From: a bacterium
GTDB taxonomy: Bacteria > UBP6 > UBA1177
DNA length: 32,572 nucleotides
NCBI GenBank assembly: GCA_017615095.1
Contig: JAGAAT010000101.1
Coordinates: 1 to 32,572, forward strand
Reading direction: 5' to 3'
Positions 15,831 through 25,566 of this stretch are shown piece by piece. Positions within the stretch are counted from its first letter, which is position 1; the number at the start of each line of letters is the position of its first letter. The notes below the pieces were generated by a model. That model had not been told where the DNA came from and did no database searches. It saw nothing but the letters and a program-made list of their open reading frames with translations. A program made the translations under genes and the position numbers.

Positions 15831-17528
15831 CTAGTTTTTGAGTGTCTTTGAGAAGGTGTCCTTCAGCGTTACGATGCGGTTGACGACGATCTTTTCTGGC
15901 GTCGTGTCGGGATCTATGCAGAAGTAGCCGACTCTCTCGAACTGGAACTGCTGACCGGGTTTAAGGCTCCTGATATTGGTTTCGGCATAGGCATCGACGA
16001 CTTTCAGCGAGTTTTTGTTCATGTTTTCGATGAAGTCGTGACCCTCCTCGACCTCGAACGGATCCTCCATCTCGAAGAGGTTTTCGTAGAGCCGCGCCTC
16101 GATTTTCAGGCAGTTGCGGGCATCGACCCAGTGGATCGTACCCTTAACCTTTCTGCCGTCGCTGGACCAGCCGCCGCGTGTCTCGGGATCGTAGGTGCAG
16201 TGCAGCTCTACGATGTTCCCTGCCGTATCCTTGATGACCTCGGTGCAGGTGATGTAGTAGGCAGCGCGGAGTCTGACCTCCTTGCCCGGAGCGAGTCTGT
16301 GGAACTTTGATGGCGGGTTCTCCATGAAGTCTTCGCGCTCGATGAAGAGCTCTTTCGAGAAGGAGACGAGCCTCTTCGGCGAGTTTTCGTCTTCGGGGTT
16401 GTTGACTGCCTCGAACTGTTCGGTCAGGTCATCAGGATAGTTTGTGATGACGACCTTTATCGGGTCCAGAACGCCCATGAAACGGTCTGCCTTTTTGTTG
16501 AGGTCTTCGCGGACGCAGTGCTCGAGAAGTGCGAGCTCGACCGTGCTGTTCCTCTTCGCGACACCGATCTTTTCTGCGAAATCACGGATGGATTCGGGGG
16601 TGTAGCCGCGCCTTCTGATGCCGGCGATCGTGGGCATTCTCGGATCGTCCCAGCCGGAAACGTATTTTTCTTCAACAAGCTTTTTGAGGAAGCGTTTGCT
16701 CATAACGGTGTTTGTGAGGTTGAGGCGGGCAAATTCGATCTGCTGCGGCTTCTTTTCGATGCCGATCGCCTCCAAAAACCATTCGTAAAGCGGTCTGTGT
16801 GCCTCGAATTCGAGCGTGCAGATGGAGTGGGTGATACCTTCTATCGCGTCGCTCTGACCGTGCGTGAAGTCGTAAGTCGGATAGATGCACCACTTGTTGC
16901 CGGTCCTGTGGTGATTGACCTTTCTGATGCGGTACATTACCGGGTCGCGCAGCAGGACATTGGGGTGCGCCATGTCGATTTTTGCGCGGAGCATGTATTC
17001 GCCCTCGTTGAACTCTCCGTTTTTCATCCTCTCGAAAAGCTCGAGGTTCTCTTCTACGGAGCGGTTCCTCCACGGACTCTCCTTGCCGGCTCCAGTCGCG
17101 GTACCGCGGTCCCGGCGCATCTCGTCGAGAGTCTGCTGGCAGACAAATGCCTTGCCATCTTTGATGAGCTTTACAGCCCATTCGTAGAGCTGATCGAAGT
17201 ATGACGACGCGTAGAGGACCTTGTCGGGCTTGAAGCCGAGCCATGCGATATCCTCCTGGATCGAATCGACATACTCGACATCCTCTTTTTCAGGGTTCGT
17301 GTCGTCGAAGCGCAGGTTGCACTTGCCGCCGTACTGCTTCGCGAGACCGAAATTGAGGCAGATCGACTTTGCGTGACCGATGTGCAGATAGCCGTTGGGC
17401 TCAGGCGGGAAGCGGGTCTGGATAGCCGTGTGCTTGCCGCTTTCAAGGTCTGCGTCGATGATTGCCTTTATGAAGTTTGAAGAACTCTTTTCGTCCGTCT
17501 CTGGGACCTTTTTAATCTCCTCAGCCAT
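15831..17528 (-). CDS. glnS: Glutamine--tRNA ligase
   Basis: [37 protein letters not shown]; start placed at MAEEIKK (17528). Confidence 0.97.
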   Translation of the reverse strand: MAEEIKKVPETDEKSSSNFIKAIIDADLESGKHTAIQTRFPPEPNGYLHIGHAKSICLNFGLAKQYGGKCNLRFDDTNPEKEDVEYVDSIQEDIAWLGFKPDKVLYASSYFDQLYEWAVKLIKDGKAFVCQQTLDEMRRDRGTATGAGKESPWRNRSVEENLELFERMKNGEFNEGEYMLRAKIDMAHPNVLLRDPVMYRIRKVNHHRTGNKWCIYPTYDFTHGQSDAIEGITHSICTLEFEAHRPLYEWFLEAIGIEKKPQQIEFARLNLTNTVMSKRFLKKLVEEKYVSGWDDPRMPTIAGIRRRGYTPESIRDFAEKIGVAKRNSTVELALLEHCVREDLNKKADRFMGVLDPIKVVITNYPDDLTEQFEAVNNPEDENSPKRLVSFSKELFIEREDFMENPPSKFHRLAPGKEVRLRAAYYITCTEVIKDTAGNIVELHCTYDPETRGGWSSDGRKVKGTIHWVDARNCLKIEARLYENLFEMEDPFEVEEGHDFIENMNKNSLKVVDAYAETNIRSLKPGQQFQFERVGYFCIDPDTTPEKIVVNRIVTLKDTFSKTLKN

Positions 17529-17571
17529 TTTGTGCTCCGGTACAAAAATACTAATGTTACAAAAACCGAAA

Positions 17572-17599
17572 ATTATAATCAGGCGTGGAAAACGGTCAA
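17572..17599 (-). promoter_or_regulatory. glnS operon promoter (TTGACC-N16-TATAAT)
   Basis: Near-consensus elements in the divergent intergenic region. Confidence 0.7.
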
Positions 17600-17631
17600 A
17601 TTGTTTGTGCCGAAAGTTCGTGCCTCTCTGT

Positions 17632-17659
17632 TTGAAATCGGGGCTCCGTTTGGTAAAAT
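17632..17659 (+). promoter_or_regulatory. S41 peptidase promoter (TTGAAA-N16-TAAAAT, extended -10 TG)
   Basis: Near-consensus, about 25 nt before ATG 17685. Confidence 0.6.
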
Positions 17660-17684
17660 AGCGCGCTTTTTCAACGGAGGAGTT

Positions 17685-19043
17685 ATGAATTTGAGATCTT
17701 TTGCCGCGGTTTTCGCGTTTTTTACACTTTTTTTCCTCTCTGCCGGCTGTGAGAACATCGTCCACGAGGAGTGTTCTCAGGCGAACATCAACCGGCACGC
17801 ATACGCCTTCATGCAGGACTGGTATCTCTGGTATGACCACCTTCCTGATATCGATGTTTCGCAGTTCGCGTCGCTTTCCGAAATGATAACGGCTGTGAAG
17901 TATGTCGATAACGAAACTGTCATCGACCGGTTTTCGTACGCTCTGAAGAAGCAGGAGCATGACGATTACTACGCCGGAAAGCGTTACGGGATGGGGTTTT
18001 CGATGGTCCGTGACGAAAATTCCGATATCTACGTCTCCATCGTCTATCCTGAGGGTCCGGCTGGAAAGGCAGGTATGCGCCGCGGTCAGAAGATCCTGTC
18101 GCTGAACGGAGTCACTGTTCAGGAACTTGATGAAAACCAGGACTACAACCATCAGCACAAGGGAGAAGATGGTTTTGTCGAAAAGCCCGACTGGAACAAC
18201 ATATACGATGCCGAAAACAAGGGCGAAGAGGTCTTTTTCAAGGTTCTGGACAGCTCTGAGGGCGAAAAGGAATTTTCAGTTATTCTGGATGATTACACAA
18301 TGAATTCTGTCCTAGCCGTATCGGTTTTGGAGCATCATGGCGCGAAAGTCGGATACCTCCACTTCAAATCATTCATAAAGCTCTCTCCTGATGAGCTCGA
18401 TGCAGCATTCGCGCAGTTTAAGGAGGCGGGGATAGATGAACTCGTCGTCGATATGCGCTACAACGGCGGCGGTCTAGTCAGCGTTGCCGAGCACCTTATC
18501 GATCTTATCGGCGGTGCTACTGTGAACGACGAAAAGATAATAAAGATCCTCTACAACGACAAACATACGGATTCGAACTACTCCTACAAAGGCAAAAAAC
18601 TTCCTGGTTCGCTGGATAAAATCAACAAAATCGTCTTCATAACGACACGCGGCACGGCGAGTGCTTCGGAGATGGTCATCAACGCTCTGACACCCTATTT
18701 CGACGTTGCGCTGGTCGGCGAGATGACGTACGGAAAGCCTGTCGGGATGAACTCGATGTCCTTCTGCGACCAGACGATCGTCCCGATAACATTCAAGAGT
18801 GCGAATTCGCAGGATTACGGTGACTATTTCCTGGGAATGGAGGTCGACTGCGGCTCTGCCGACGATTACAGGCATGATTTCGGCGATCCGGAGGAGGCTT
18901 CAGTGCGCGAGGCGCTCTATCTCCTCGAAAACGGCAGATGCTCGGAAAACGCGGCTCTCAAATCAGCCGGCAGAGCGAAATATCTTGAAGATCGGATCCC
19001 TGTTGAGTTGAAAGGAACCGGAAAAATCGATTATACTTTTTAG
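17685..19043 (+). CDS. S41-family (C-terminal processing-like) PDZ peptidase, lipoprotein
   Basis: SD GGAGG, lipobox SAGC, WYLWY, PDZ ([11 protein letters not shown]), DMRYNGGG, catalytic TASASE and TYGKP. Confidence 0.92.
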   Translation: MNLRSFAAVFAFFTLFFLSAGCENIVHEECSQANINRHAYAFMQDWYLWYDHLPDIDVSQFASLSEMITAVKYVDNETVIDRFSYALKKQEHDDYYAGKRYGMGFSMVRDENSDIYVSIVYPEGPAGKAGMRRGQKILSLNGVTVQELDENQDYNHQHKGEDGFVEKPDWNNIYDAENKGEEVFFKVLDSSEGEKEFSVILDDYTMNSVLAVSVLEHHGAKVGYLHFKSFIKLSPDELDAAFAQFKEAGIDELVVDMRYNGGGLVSVAEHLIDLIGGATVNDEKIIKILYNDKHTDSNYSYKGKKLPGSLDKINKIVFITTRGTASASEMVINALTPYFDVALVGEMTYGKPVGMNSMSFCDQTIVPITFKSANSQDYGDYFLGMEVDCGSADDYRHDFGDPEEASVREALYLLENGRCSENAALKSAGRAKYLEDRIPVELKGTGKIDYTF

Positions 19044-19048
19044 TGGTT

Positions 19049-21844
19049 TCAGTTGCCTATCTTTGTCTGAAGGAACGTTACGGTTGAAAGATTGACGCGG
19101 TTGTAGACATCATCACCGCCGCCTACATCAGTTCCGTTGTAGCTTTTGAAATGTTCGAAGTAGGACATGTTCAGGTTGTCCTTTATCGTGAGCTTGTATG
19201 TTTTGCCCGCCTCGAGATCAATGCTGACGAATGAGGATTTGCCCCAGCGGTCCCAGTCGCCGGCGCCGAGGTGCGGCATGAAGATCATCCGGTTTTCAAC
19301 TATCTTCGTGCCGTTCTGATCCTCGACATCGATGAGCTTTGAGCAGCCCGTGATGCCGGTGTCGACAGGTCTTCCGCTGCCGTATTCGATCTCCAGAAGG
19401 TATGTGCCGCCTGAGGTCGGGGCGATGTTGCTGAGTGTCAGGGTCTCCGCCGGTCTGCCCCAGTCCGCAAAGTGCTGACGGTTGTGGTCGGAGGCGTTAG
19501 GAGCCTGGTCGAAATCTGTAGCTCCGAATGACAAAGCCGTGCGGCTGAAGCCCTCTCCCCAGTAGCAGATCGGGTCGGAGTGCTGAGCCTCAAGCCCGAA
19601 GGAGTTGACCGGAGCTACGCTGTAGCAGTGTGAAACCGTGGAATGATCGCTGGAATCCGGATCGGTCCACGGCGAGCCGGAAACGCCTGTCGCCGCCAGT
19701 CTGCCGTCACGGTAGATGTTGTATGTCATGTTTTGAGTGGTGCTCTGCGTGAAGCTGACCTTCAGCCTGCCTTCATCGAGGATCACGCCGTAGGGATCAA
19801 GCGGGATCTCGACAGGAAGCGGGGCATAGCAGGAATCCCCGATGTTGCAGTCGCGGAGGTCGATCGCGCCCGTTGATGCATCGTATTCAAGGTCGATTTC
19901 GACGGTGTTGGGCTCTTCGGTCAGGTCGCTTTCGGTAAATTCCTCAGTCCTGGCAACACCGTTGAGTTTGAGCGTACCAATTTGGTAGAAACCGTCTGCG
20001 CGCCCGTCGCGGACCGGCAGATTTATTGTGATTTTCAAAGTTTTGCCTCTGTATTCGAGGTCGGAGAGTTCGAGCTTTTCACTCTCCGCTAGAAAGCCGT
20101 TTCTGATCGAGACGGGGATCTTCGGCGAGAACCAGATGCCGTGAAGGCTCTGCTCTTTGCCGAAGAGCGAATCGAGAACGAGCGAAACGAAGCCGCCTAT
20201 GCTCCAGAGCTGACGGCGCGAGTTGACAACAGGACCGCTGAGTTCCGGGAACATCGTGTCGTGATAGTCCGCCGAAAGCGTCGTGAACTCGAGGTTTTCC
20301 ATGTTCGAGAGGTTGAGAGCCGCGCCGCGGACGAGGCTCATGAATGCGTTTTCGTAAAATTTGTCGTTGCCGGATTTCGCGGCCGATCTCAGGGCGTATG
20401 CGGTCACGAAAGGCCAGACCGCACGGTTGTGGTAGATGCGTGTCGCCGGCTCCTGCGGGAAGACGACTGACGGACCTGCTGCTGTGACAGGATAGCTTTT
20501 CGTGATTTCGAGAGCCTCGTTTTCGCTGACGATTCCGGTCAGGATGGCAAGCGATTCACCGAGCAGATCACGTTTTTCGACGGGTGAAGCGTCCAGGAAT
20601 GTTGTAGCGAACGACGAGAATTTCTTCGCTTCGGCGTTGTAGAATTTCGCCCTGATCCTGCTCCTCAGTTCACCTGCCCAGCCGCTGAATTTAGCTGCTT
20701 CGGAGTTTTTCCCGAGCTCAGTCGCAAGTTCAGCCGCGCTTTCTATCGCGATGAGGTGCGCCACGTTAGTCGAGAGTGATTTCGACATCCCGATGTGCCT
20801 GGTGTCGGCTGCCGTCCATGTCGGATAGGTCTGTTCGCGCCAGTCGAGGAACGATGTCTCGCCGGTGTAGATGCCGTCAGTCTGGTCAAAAATCATCGCA
20901 CGGTCGAACTCGACGGTGTTTTTTATCGCCTCGTAAGCCGTTGCCAGAAATTCGGTGTAATCGGAACCGCTCAGGTTTTTCAGGACCTCTTCGGCTCCGA
21001 TCGCCCAGATGACGCGGTCTGTGCTTATCGGCCACGAGCCGCCGCTTCCGGTATCCTGAACGATTTGCGGAGAGCCGCCTCCGACAGTTGCTTTTTTCGC
21101 CGAAATTTTGAAGTTCAGCGAGTTGCGGGAGCGCAGCGGATCGACCATTGCGAGACCGAGATCGACTGCGTATGCGGTGTCGCGAGTCCAGACGTAGTGC
21201 CAGTTTTCACCCGTCTCGAAGCAGTTGCAGTCAATCGGATTACCGTGGTTGAAAGATCCGTCGTTTATTGATGTCACGCTGTCCTGCTGAGCCTCCTCTA
21301 GTGCCATCGCGAAGAGGGCGTCGAGCATCGTAACGCCGCTGCGGAGCCTCATCCTGCCGGGCATTTCGGAGAATGTGCGGCTCTTCGATGCCGGTGTGTT
21401 GTCGCGAAGCTCGGCAGTCGTCGTGAGTGTGTAGGTCCTGAGTCCGCCGCCTGTCGCAGTGACGGTAGCCGTATCGTTGTTCCATACGATCGTTCCCGTT
21501 GACGGGTCCGACCCTGTGTCGCCGTCCGGTCCGGTGTTGCCGGTGTCTCCGTCGGGTTCGGTGTCACCCGTGTCGCCGTCAGGCTCGGAGTCACCTGAAT
21601 CGGAAGAGTCTCCGTCAGTTTCAGGTTCACCGCTGTCACCGTCCGGTTCCGTGTCGCCGTTGTCTGTCGGCTCGGAGTCACCTGAATCGGAAGAGTCCCC
21701 GTCGCCGAATGCCGTATCGGCGGAATCTTCATCGGTTACTGCGTCTTCGTCTGCGTGATCCGGCGGGGTATTGTTCGAACCGCCGCACGAAACAAGCGCG
21801 AATGCCGCTGCAAAAACAGCTAAAATCACAAACAGTTTTTTCAT
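19049..21844 (-). CDS. Lipoprotein glycoside hydrolase, (alpha/alpha)6 amylo-alpha-1,6-glucosidase-like, with FN3-like and CBM-like C-terminal modules
   Basis: Lipobox LVSC, acidic tether, WTRDTAY, GETSFLDWREQTYP, YHNRAVWPF, YNIYRDG..CYSVAPVN; exact family and substrate uncertain. Confidence 0.75.
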   Translation of the reverse strand: MKKLFVILAVFAAAFALVSCGGSNNTPPDHADEDAVTDEDSADTAFGDGDSSDSGDSEPTDNGDTEPDGDSGEPETDGDSSDSGDSEPDGDTGDTEPDGDTGNTGPDGDTGSDPSTGTIVWNNDTATVTATGGGLRTYTLTTTAELRDNTPASKSRTFSEMPGRMRLRSGVTMLDALFAMALEEAQQDSVTSINDGSFNHGNPIDCNCFETGENWHYVWTRDTAYAVDLGLAMVDPLRSRNSLNFKISAKKATVGGGSPQIVQDTGSGGSWPISTDRVIWAIGAEEVLKNLSGSDYTEFLATAYEAIKNTVEFDRAMIFDQTDGIYTGETSFLDWREQTYPTWTAADTRHIGMSKSLSTNVAHLIAIESAAELATELGKNSEAAKFSGWAGELRSRIRAKFYNAEAKKFSSFATTFLDASPVEKRDLLGESLAILTGIVSENEALEITKSYPVTAAGPSVVFPQEPATRIYHNRAVWPFVTAYALRSAAKSGNDKFYENAFMSLVRGAALNLSNMENLEFTTLSADYHDTMFPELSGPVVNSRRQLWSIGGFVSLVLDSLFGKEQSLHGIWFSPKIPVSIRNGFLAESEKLELSDLEYRGKTLKITINLPVRDGRADGFYQIGTLKLNGVARTEEFTESDLTEEPNTVEIDLEYDASTGAIDLRDCNIGDSCYAPLPVEIPLDPYGVILDEGRLKVSFTQSTTQNMTYNIYRDGRLAATGVSGSPWTDPDSSDHSTVSHCYSVAPVNSFGLEAQHSDPICYWGEGFSRTALSFGATDFDQAPNASDHNRQHFADWGRPAETLTLSNIAPTSGGTYLLEIEYGSGRPVDTGITGCSKLIDVEDQNGTKIVENRMIFMPHLGAGDWDRWGKSSFVSIDLEAGKTYKLTIKDNLNMSYFEHFKSYNGTDVGGGDDVYNRVNLSTVTFLQTKIGN
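21525..21715 (-). repeat. Coding low-complexity repeats (DGDSSDSGDSEP x2, GDTEPDGD)
   Basis: Exact 29-nt duplication at 21582-21610 and 21669-21697. Confidence 0.85.
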
Positions 21845-21930
21845 CTGTATCTCCATCAATCCTTTAAAAAAAACGATAAATTTTAGGGATTTATGATCGG
21901 ATGACAAGGATTTTCGGCAGGGTGTGGGGA

Positions 21931-23040
21931 CTAGTTGATCGTTGCCTGTCCCGGAGTGTTGGTTGCAGAGGTGATTATCGCCGGGGTCGTGTCCGCATAC
22001 CACCAGCTTACGCCGTTGTCGAGCGAGAATCTGAAGATGTAGATGAAGCTTCCGGCTGCGTTTGTCGGGAAGTCTGCCATATATTCATGGTTGTTGTCGC
22101 CTGAGTGACCGGAATTGAATACAGCATCTACTTTGTTCCAAGTTCCTGCAATGACAGGATATTCAGCACTGCCGGTCCCTTCTTTGTAAAGCAGCTGAGC
22201 CTTCCACTCAGCGTGTTGGGGAACTTCAGAACCCGTCTGTCCTTCAACGTAAATCTGCCCGTAGACCTTCTTGTCAGCAGCATCGCTCGTGATCGTCGAC
22301 GGCCACTGGATGCCTACCCAGCCGGCAACGCTTGCACCTGTGATTTCGGTGCAGCTCGTGTTGTTGTCGTAATAACCGCTTGTGCAGTTGCATTTCGCAG
22401 CGCCGGATTCGACTGTGCAGACTCCTCCGTTTCCGCATTCAACACCTTCGCATAGGTCGGGTTCAACACAGATGTTGTGGGAGCAGATCTCGCCGGGATT
22501 GCAGTCGCCGTTTGCCATGCAGCCGAGTGAGGGGATCTCACTGTCGCCGTCGGTTTCAGGTTCTGTCGTGTCGCTGTCGGTTGCCGGCTCTACTGTGTCA
22601 CCGTCAGTTCCGGGGAGTTCGGCATCGTCAGGCTCAGTTCCTTCGTTGTCACTGTCAGTTTCCGGTTCTCCGTCGTCGCCTGCGGTGTCGCCGTCGGTCT
22701 CGGGTTCTGTCGTGTCGCCGTCGGTTTCAGGTTCAGTCGTGTCACTGTCAGTCTCGGGTTCTGTTGTGTCGCTGTCGGTTTCAGGTTCGGTGGTGTCACC
22801 GTCGGTTTCAGGTTCTGTCGTGTCGCCGTCAGGCTCAGGTTCGCCGGTGTCGGTCGGTTCGGTGTCGCCGGTATCGGTCGGTTCGGTGCTGCCGGTATCG
22901 GTCGGCTCTGTAGTGTCTTCGTCGGAAACCGTAGTTCCGTCGGAATCATTCTGGTCCTCGTTTGACTTGCTCGATCCGCAGGCACTCAGAAAGATGATGG
23001 CGAGTGCGAGCATCGCAATCAAAAACAGATTTTTTTTCAT
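21931..23040 (-). CDS. Lipoprotein with long acidic repeat stalk, Cys-rich/EGF-like modules and a putative glucan-associated beta domain
   Basis: Lipobox LSAC; DTTEPETD repeats; CMANGDCNPGEICSHNIC; EGF pattern CEGVECGNGGVC..CNCTSGY..C. Confidence 0.85.
   Translation of the reverse strand: MKKNLFLIAMLALAIIFLSACGSSKSNEDQNDSDGTTVSDEDTTEPTDTGSTEPTDTGDTEPTDTGEPEPDGDTTEPETDGDTTEPETDSDTTEPETDSDTTEPETDGDTTEPETDGDTAGDDGEPETDSDNEGTEPDDAELPGTDGDTVEPATDSDTTEPETDGDSEIPSLGCMANGDCNPGEICSHNICVEPDLCEGVECGNGGVCTVESGAAKCNCTSGYYDNNTSCTEITGASVAGWVGIQWPSTITSDAADKKVYGQIYVEGQTGSEVPQHAEWKAQLLYKEGTGSAEYPVIAGTWNKVDAVFNSGHSGDNNHEYMADFPTNAAGSFIYIFRFSLDNGVSWWYADTTPAIITSATNTPGQATIN
22540..22915 (-). repeat. Coding tandem repeats: 27-nt (DTTEPETDG/S, about 5 tandem plus 2 separate) and 24-nt (TEPTDTGS/D x3)
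   Basis: Visible in both DNA and protein, with synonymous variation between units. Confidence 0.9.
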
Positions 23041-23126
23041 TCAAAGTTCTCCATTGAAAAAACAAATAATTTTGACTCTACCCCATGTTTATGATAATTG
23101 CAAGAGTTCTGATTTGCGGAGAAAGG

Positions 23127-24053
23127 ATGACGGAAATCGCTCTTATTTCAAGCCCGTATTCAAAGAAAAACAGGAAGAATCCTGCGGGTTTTGCCAGGCT
23201 GAAGGCTCTTGCGCCCGATCAGTCTCTGGTGCGTTCGCCGGAAACTTCCGAACAGATGGATGAGGCTATGGAGTATTTCAAGTCGCGCAATGTCGATGTT
23301 ATCGCCATCAACGGCGGAGACGGTACTGTCCATGTCGCGCTGACTTCGATGATCCGCGTTTACGGCTCGGATGTGCTTCCGAAGATCGCGCTCATCAAAG
23401 GCGGTACGATGAATCAGACTGCGACGAACCTCGGGATCAAGGGCGGGCCGGCGGAGATTTTCGGGCGGATAATCAAGGCTTCTACCGAAGAACGCGAGCT
23501 GAACTGCCGCAAGCTGATCCTGCTGAATGTTGACGGAAATTACGGTTTTCTGTTCGGCATGGGGGCTGTCTGTACCTTCATGGACTGGTATTTCGAGGGT
23601 ATGGGCGCTTCTCCTTTTTCTGCTGCCAAGGTACTGATAGCGCTGATGATTTCTACGCTTTTCAACGGCAGCATGGCACGCCGCTTCTTCCGCGGTGTCG
23701 AGCAGGAGATCCTGGCTGACGGCTTCTCTTTCGGAAAGATCGCCTACTGGATGACGCTGATTTCGACGATCCCGCAGATCGGGCTCGGCTTTGAGCTCAT
23801 GCACCGTGCGAGAGACAACCACGAGTCGGCGCACATGGTCGCATTCCACAGCAGAAAGGGGGTGCTTGTGCAGGTGATCCGCTCCTGGTTCGGACTTTCG
23901 CTTCCGCCGGATGTCGTGGATGACTCTACCGGCAAAGTATTTTTGATTAAAAGTGAAGAACCGTTTAAATATACACTGGACGGCGATATTTTTGCATCGA
24001 GCGGCCGTCTGCTTTTAAAAACTGGTCCTGTTGTTGAGATAGTCACGGAGTGA
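23127..24053 (+). CDS. Diacylglycerol/lipid kinase family protein
   Basis: SPYS, NGGDGT, KGGTMN, YTLDGD. Confidence 0.85.
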   Translation: MTEIALISSPYSKKNRKNPAGFARLKALAPDQSLVRSPETSEQMDEAMEYFKSRNVDVIAINGGDGTVHVALTSMIRVYGSDVLPKIALIKGGTMNQTATNLGIKGGPAEIFGRIIKASTEERELNCRKLILLNVDGNYGFLFGMGAVCTFMDWYFEGMGASPFSAAKVLIALMISTLFNGSMARRFFRGVEQEILADGFSFGKIAYWMTLISTIPQIGLGFELMHRARDNHESAHMVAFHSRKGVLVQVIRSWFGLSLPPDVVDDSTGKVFLIKSEEPFKYTLDGDIFASSGRLLLKTGPVVEIVTE

Positions 24054-24056
24054 AAC

Positions 24057-24824
24057 ATGAAATTTTTAAGTGCCGGTCTTACAAACCCTGGAATGAAACG
24101 TGAACTGAACGAGGATAACTTCCTGATTTTGAAGGATGAAGGCGTTTTTGTCGTTGCCGACGGAATGGGCGGTCACAACGCCGGAGAGGTCGCGTCGAAA
24201 ATCGCTGTAGATACGATCGCCGAGTTTTTCCACGCGGCGCGTGAGGACGAGGATGTCACCTGGCCCTACAAGCTCGATCCGACGCTTTCGTTCGATGCCA
24301 ACAAGCTGATGGTCTGCGTGAAATTCGCGAACCGCAGGATCTTCAAATGCTCGATCCTTACCCCGGAATACTCAGGAATGGGAACAACGATCGTTTCGAT
24401 ACTGGCGTTTGACGGTCAGGACGAGCTTTATGTCGCGCATGTCGGCGACAGCCGCTGTTACTGCCTTCACGACGGGCAGCTGAGTCAGGTGACCGAGGAC
24501 CACTCGCTTGTCAACGAGTACATCAAGGCGGGGCAGATCACTAAGGAGCAGGCGAAGACCTTCCCGAACAAGAACGTCATCATGCGTGCTCTCGGAATGA
24601 AGGACAATGTTCTTGTCGACATTCAGAAACGCCCTGCGTGTGCCGGAGATATCTACCTTCTCTGCTCGGACGGTCTTTCCGACATGGTGCCGGACAACGA
24701 CCTCGAAGCTCTGATGCGTCAGGATATCCCGCTTGACGAGATCTGTCAGCAGCTTATAGATTTAGCTAATTCAAACGGCGGCAAGGACAACATCACCGCT
24801 GTTTTGGTAAAGGTTACGGAATAA
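24057..24824 (+). CDS. PP2C-type Ser/Thr phosphatase (Stp1/IreP family)
   Basis: RELNED, VADGMGGH, MGTT, HVGDSRCY, LCSDGL, GGKDNIT. Confidence 0.95.
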   Translation: MKFLSAGLTNPGMKRELNEDNFLILKDEGVFVVADGMGGHNAGEVASKIAVDTIAEFFHAAREDEDVTWPYKLDPTLSFDANKLMVCVKFANRRIFKCSILTPEYSGMGTTIVSILAFDGQDELYVAHVGDSRCYCLHDGQLSQVTEDHSLVNEYIKAGQITKEQAKTFPNKNVIMRALGMKDNVLVDIQKRPACAGDIYLLCSDGLSDMVPDNDLEALMRQDIPLDEICQQLIDLANSNGGKDNITAVLVKVTE

Positions 24825-24835
24825 TAGGAGGAAAA

Positions 24836-25564
24836 ATGAAAAAGTTATTGATTACATTGGCGGTTCTTGCGTTTTCTTGCTTTATGATGGCGTGCGGCGG
24901 TTCTGATGGAAACAAGGATAAAGAGCCGCAGAACGATGAAAACAGCGATGTATCCGGCGATGCCGACGCGGCTGATGAGAGTGACGAAGAGCCTGCTTCC
25001 GACGAGGATGTTACAGCAGAACTCAAATATCCCGAGGTCGGTCCGAGCTGCAACAAAAACGGCACTATTGCCCACAACGTGATAATGTACGACGAGCTCG
25101 ACAACGAGCGTCAGCTTGCCGAGTGGTACAAGGAGAACAACCCGAAGAGCAAGCTCATCTGGCTCATCTTCTCGGCTTACGACTGCCCGCCGTGCAGGAT
25201 CATGAAGGAGGATCTGCTCGAAATCAACAAAAAGGAGTATCAGGATGCCGGATTCAGCGTGATCCTGGTTATGAACGGTCTTCTCGACGGTCCGGAGCCT
25301 GAGAAGGAGCCGGCAAAGATAGCAAACCTGAAGGAGATGTACACCGACGAGTATCCTGAGACCGGTCAGTTCGCGCTTTACAGCTATCTTAGAGAGCAGA
25401 AAGTTTTCAAAAAATACTGGTCGTCCATGATGGGAGTCTCCTACCCGACAAGTGCCTTTATCGACGCTTCGACGATGGAGATCCTCGACTACATGGAGGG
25501 TTGGGGCGAAGATCTTCAGGATCAGACCGAAAAGATGATCCAGATGCTCCTTGAAGAGCTGTAA
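24836..25564 (+). CDS. Thioredoxin-fold lipoprotein (CPPC)
   Basis: Lipobox MMAC, acidic tether, FSAYDCPPC, cis-Pro-like YPTSAFID. Confidence 0.8.
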   Translation: MKKLLITLAVLAFSCFMMACGGSDGNKDKEPQNDENSDVSGDADAADESDEEPASDEDVTAELKYPEVGPSCNKNGTIAHNVIMYDELDNERQLAEWYKENNPKSKLIWLIFSAYDCPPCRIMKEDLLEINKKEYQDAGFSVILVMNGLLDGPEPEKEPAKIANLKEMYTDEYPETGQFALYSYLREQKVFKKYWSSMMGVSYPTSAFIDASTMEILDYMEGWGEDLQDQTEKMIQMLLEEL

Positions 25565-25566
25565 TT

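Noticed and set aside
17529-18158. 210-aa N-terminal extension of GlnRS in the ORF track
   Set aside because: It is antisense to the S41 peptidase and crosses the promoter region; homology begins near MAEEIKK
17685-19043. S41 peptidase as the cognate target of the serpins
   Set aside because: It lies more than 10 kb away and is separately transcribed. Established serpin targets are mainly chymotrypsin-, subtilisin- and papain-like proteases, and nothing in the sequence links them.
21525-22915. CRISPR array suggested by periodic repeats
   Set aside because: Repeats are in-frame coding units with wobble variation; no unique spacers and no cas genes
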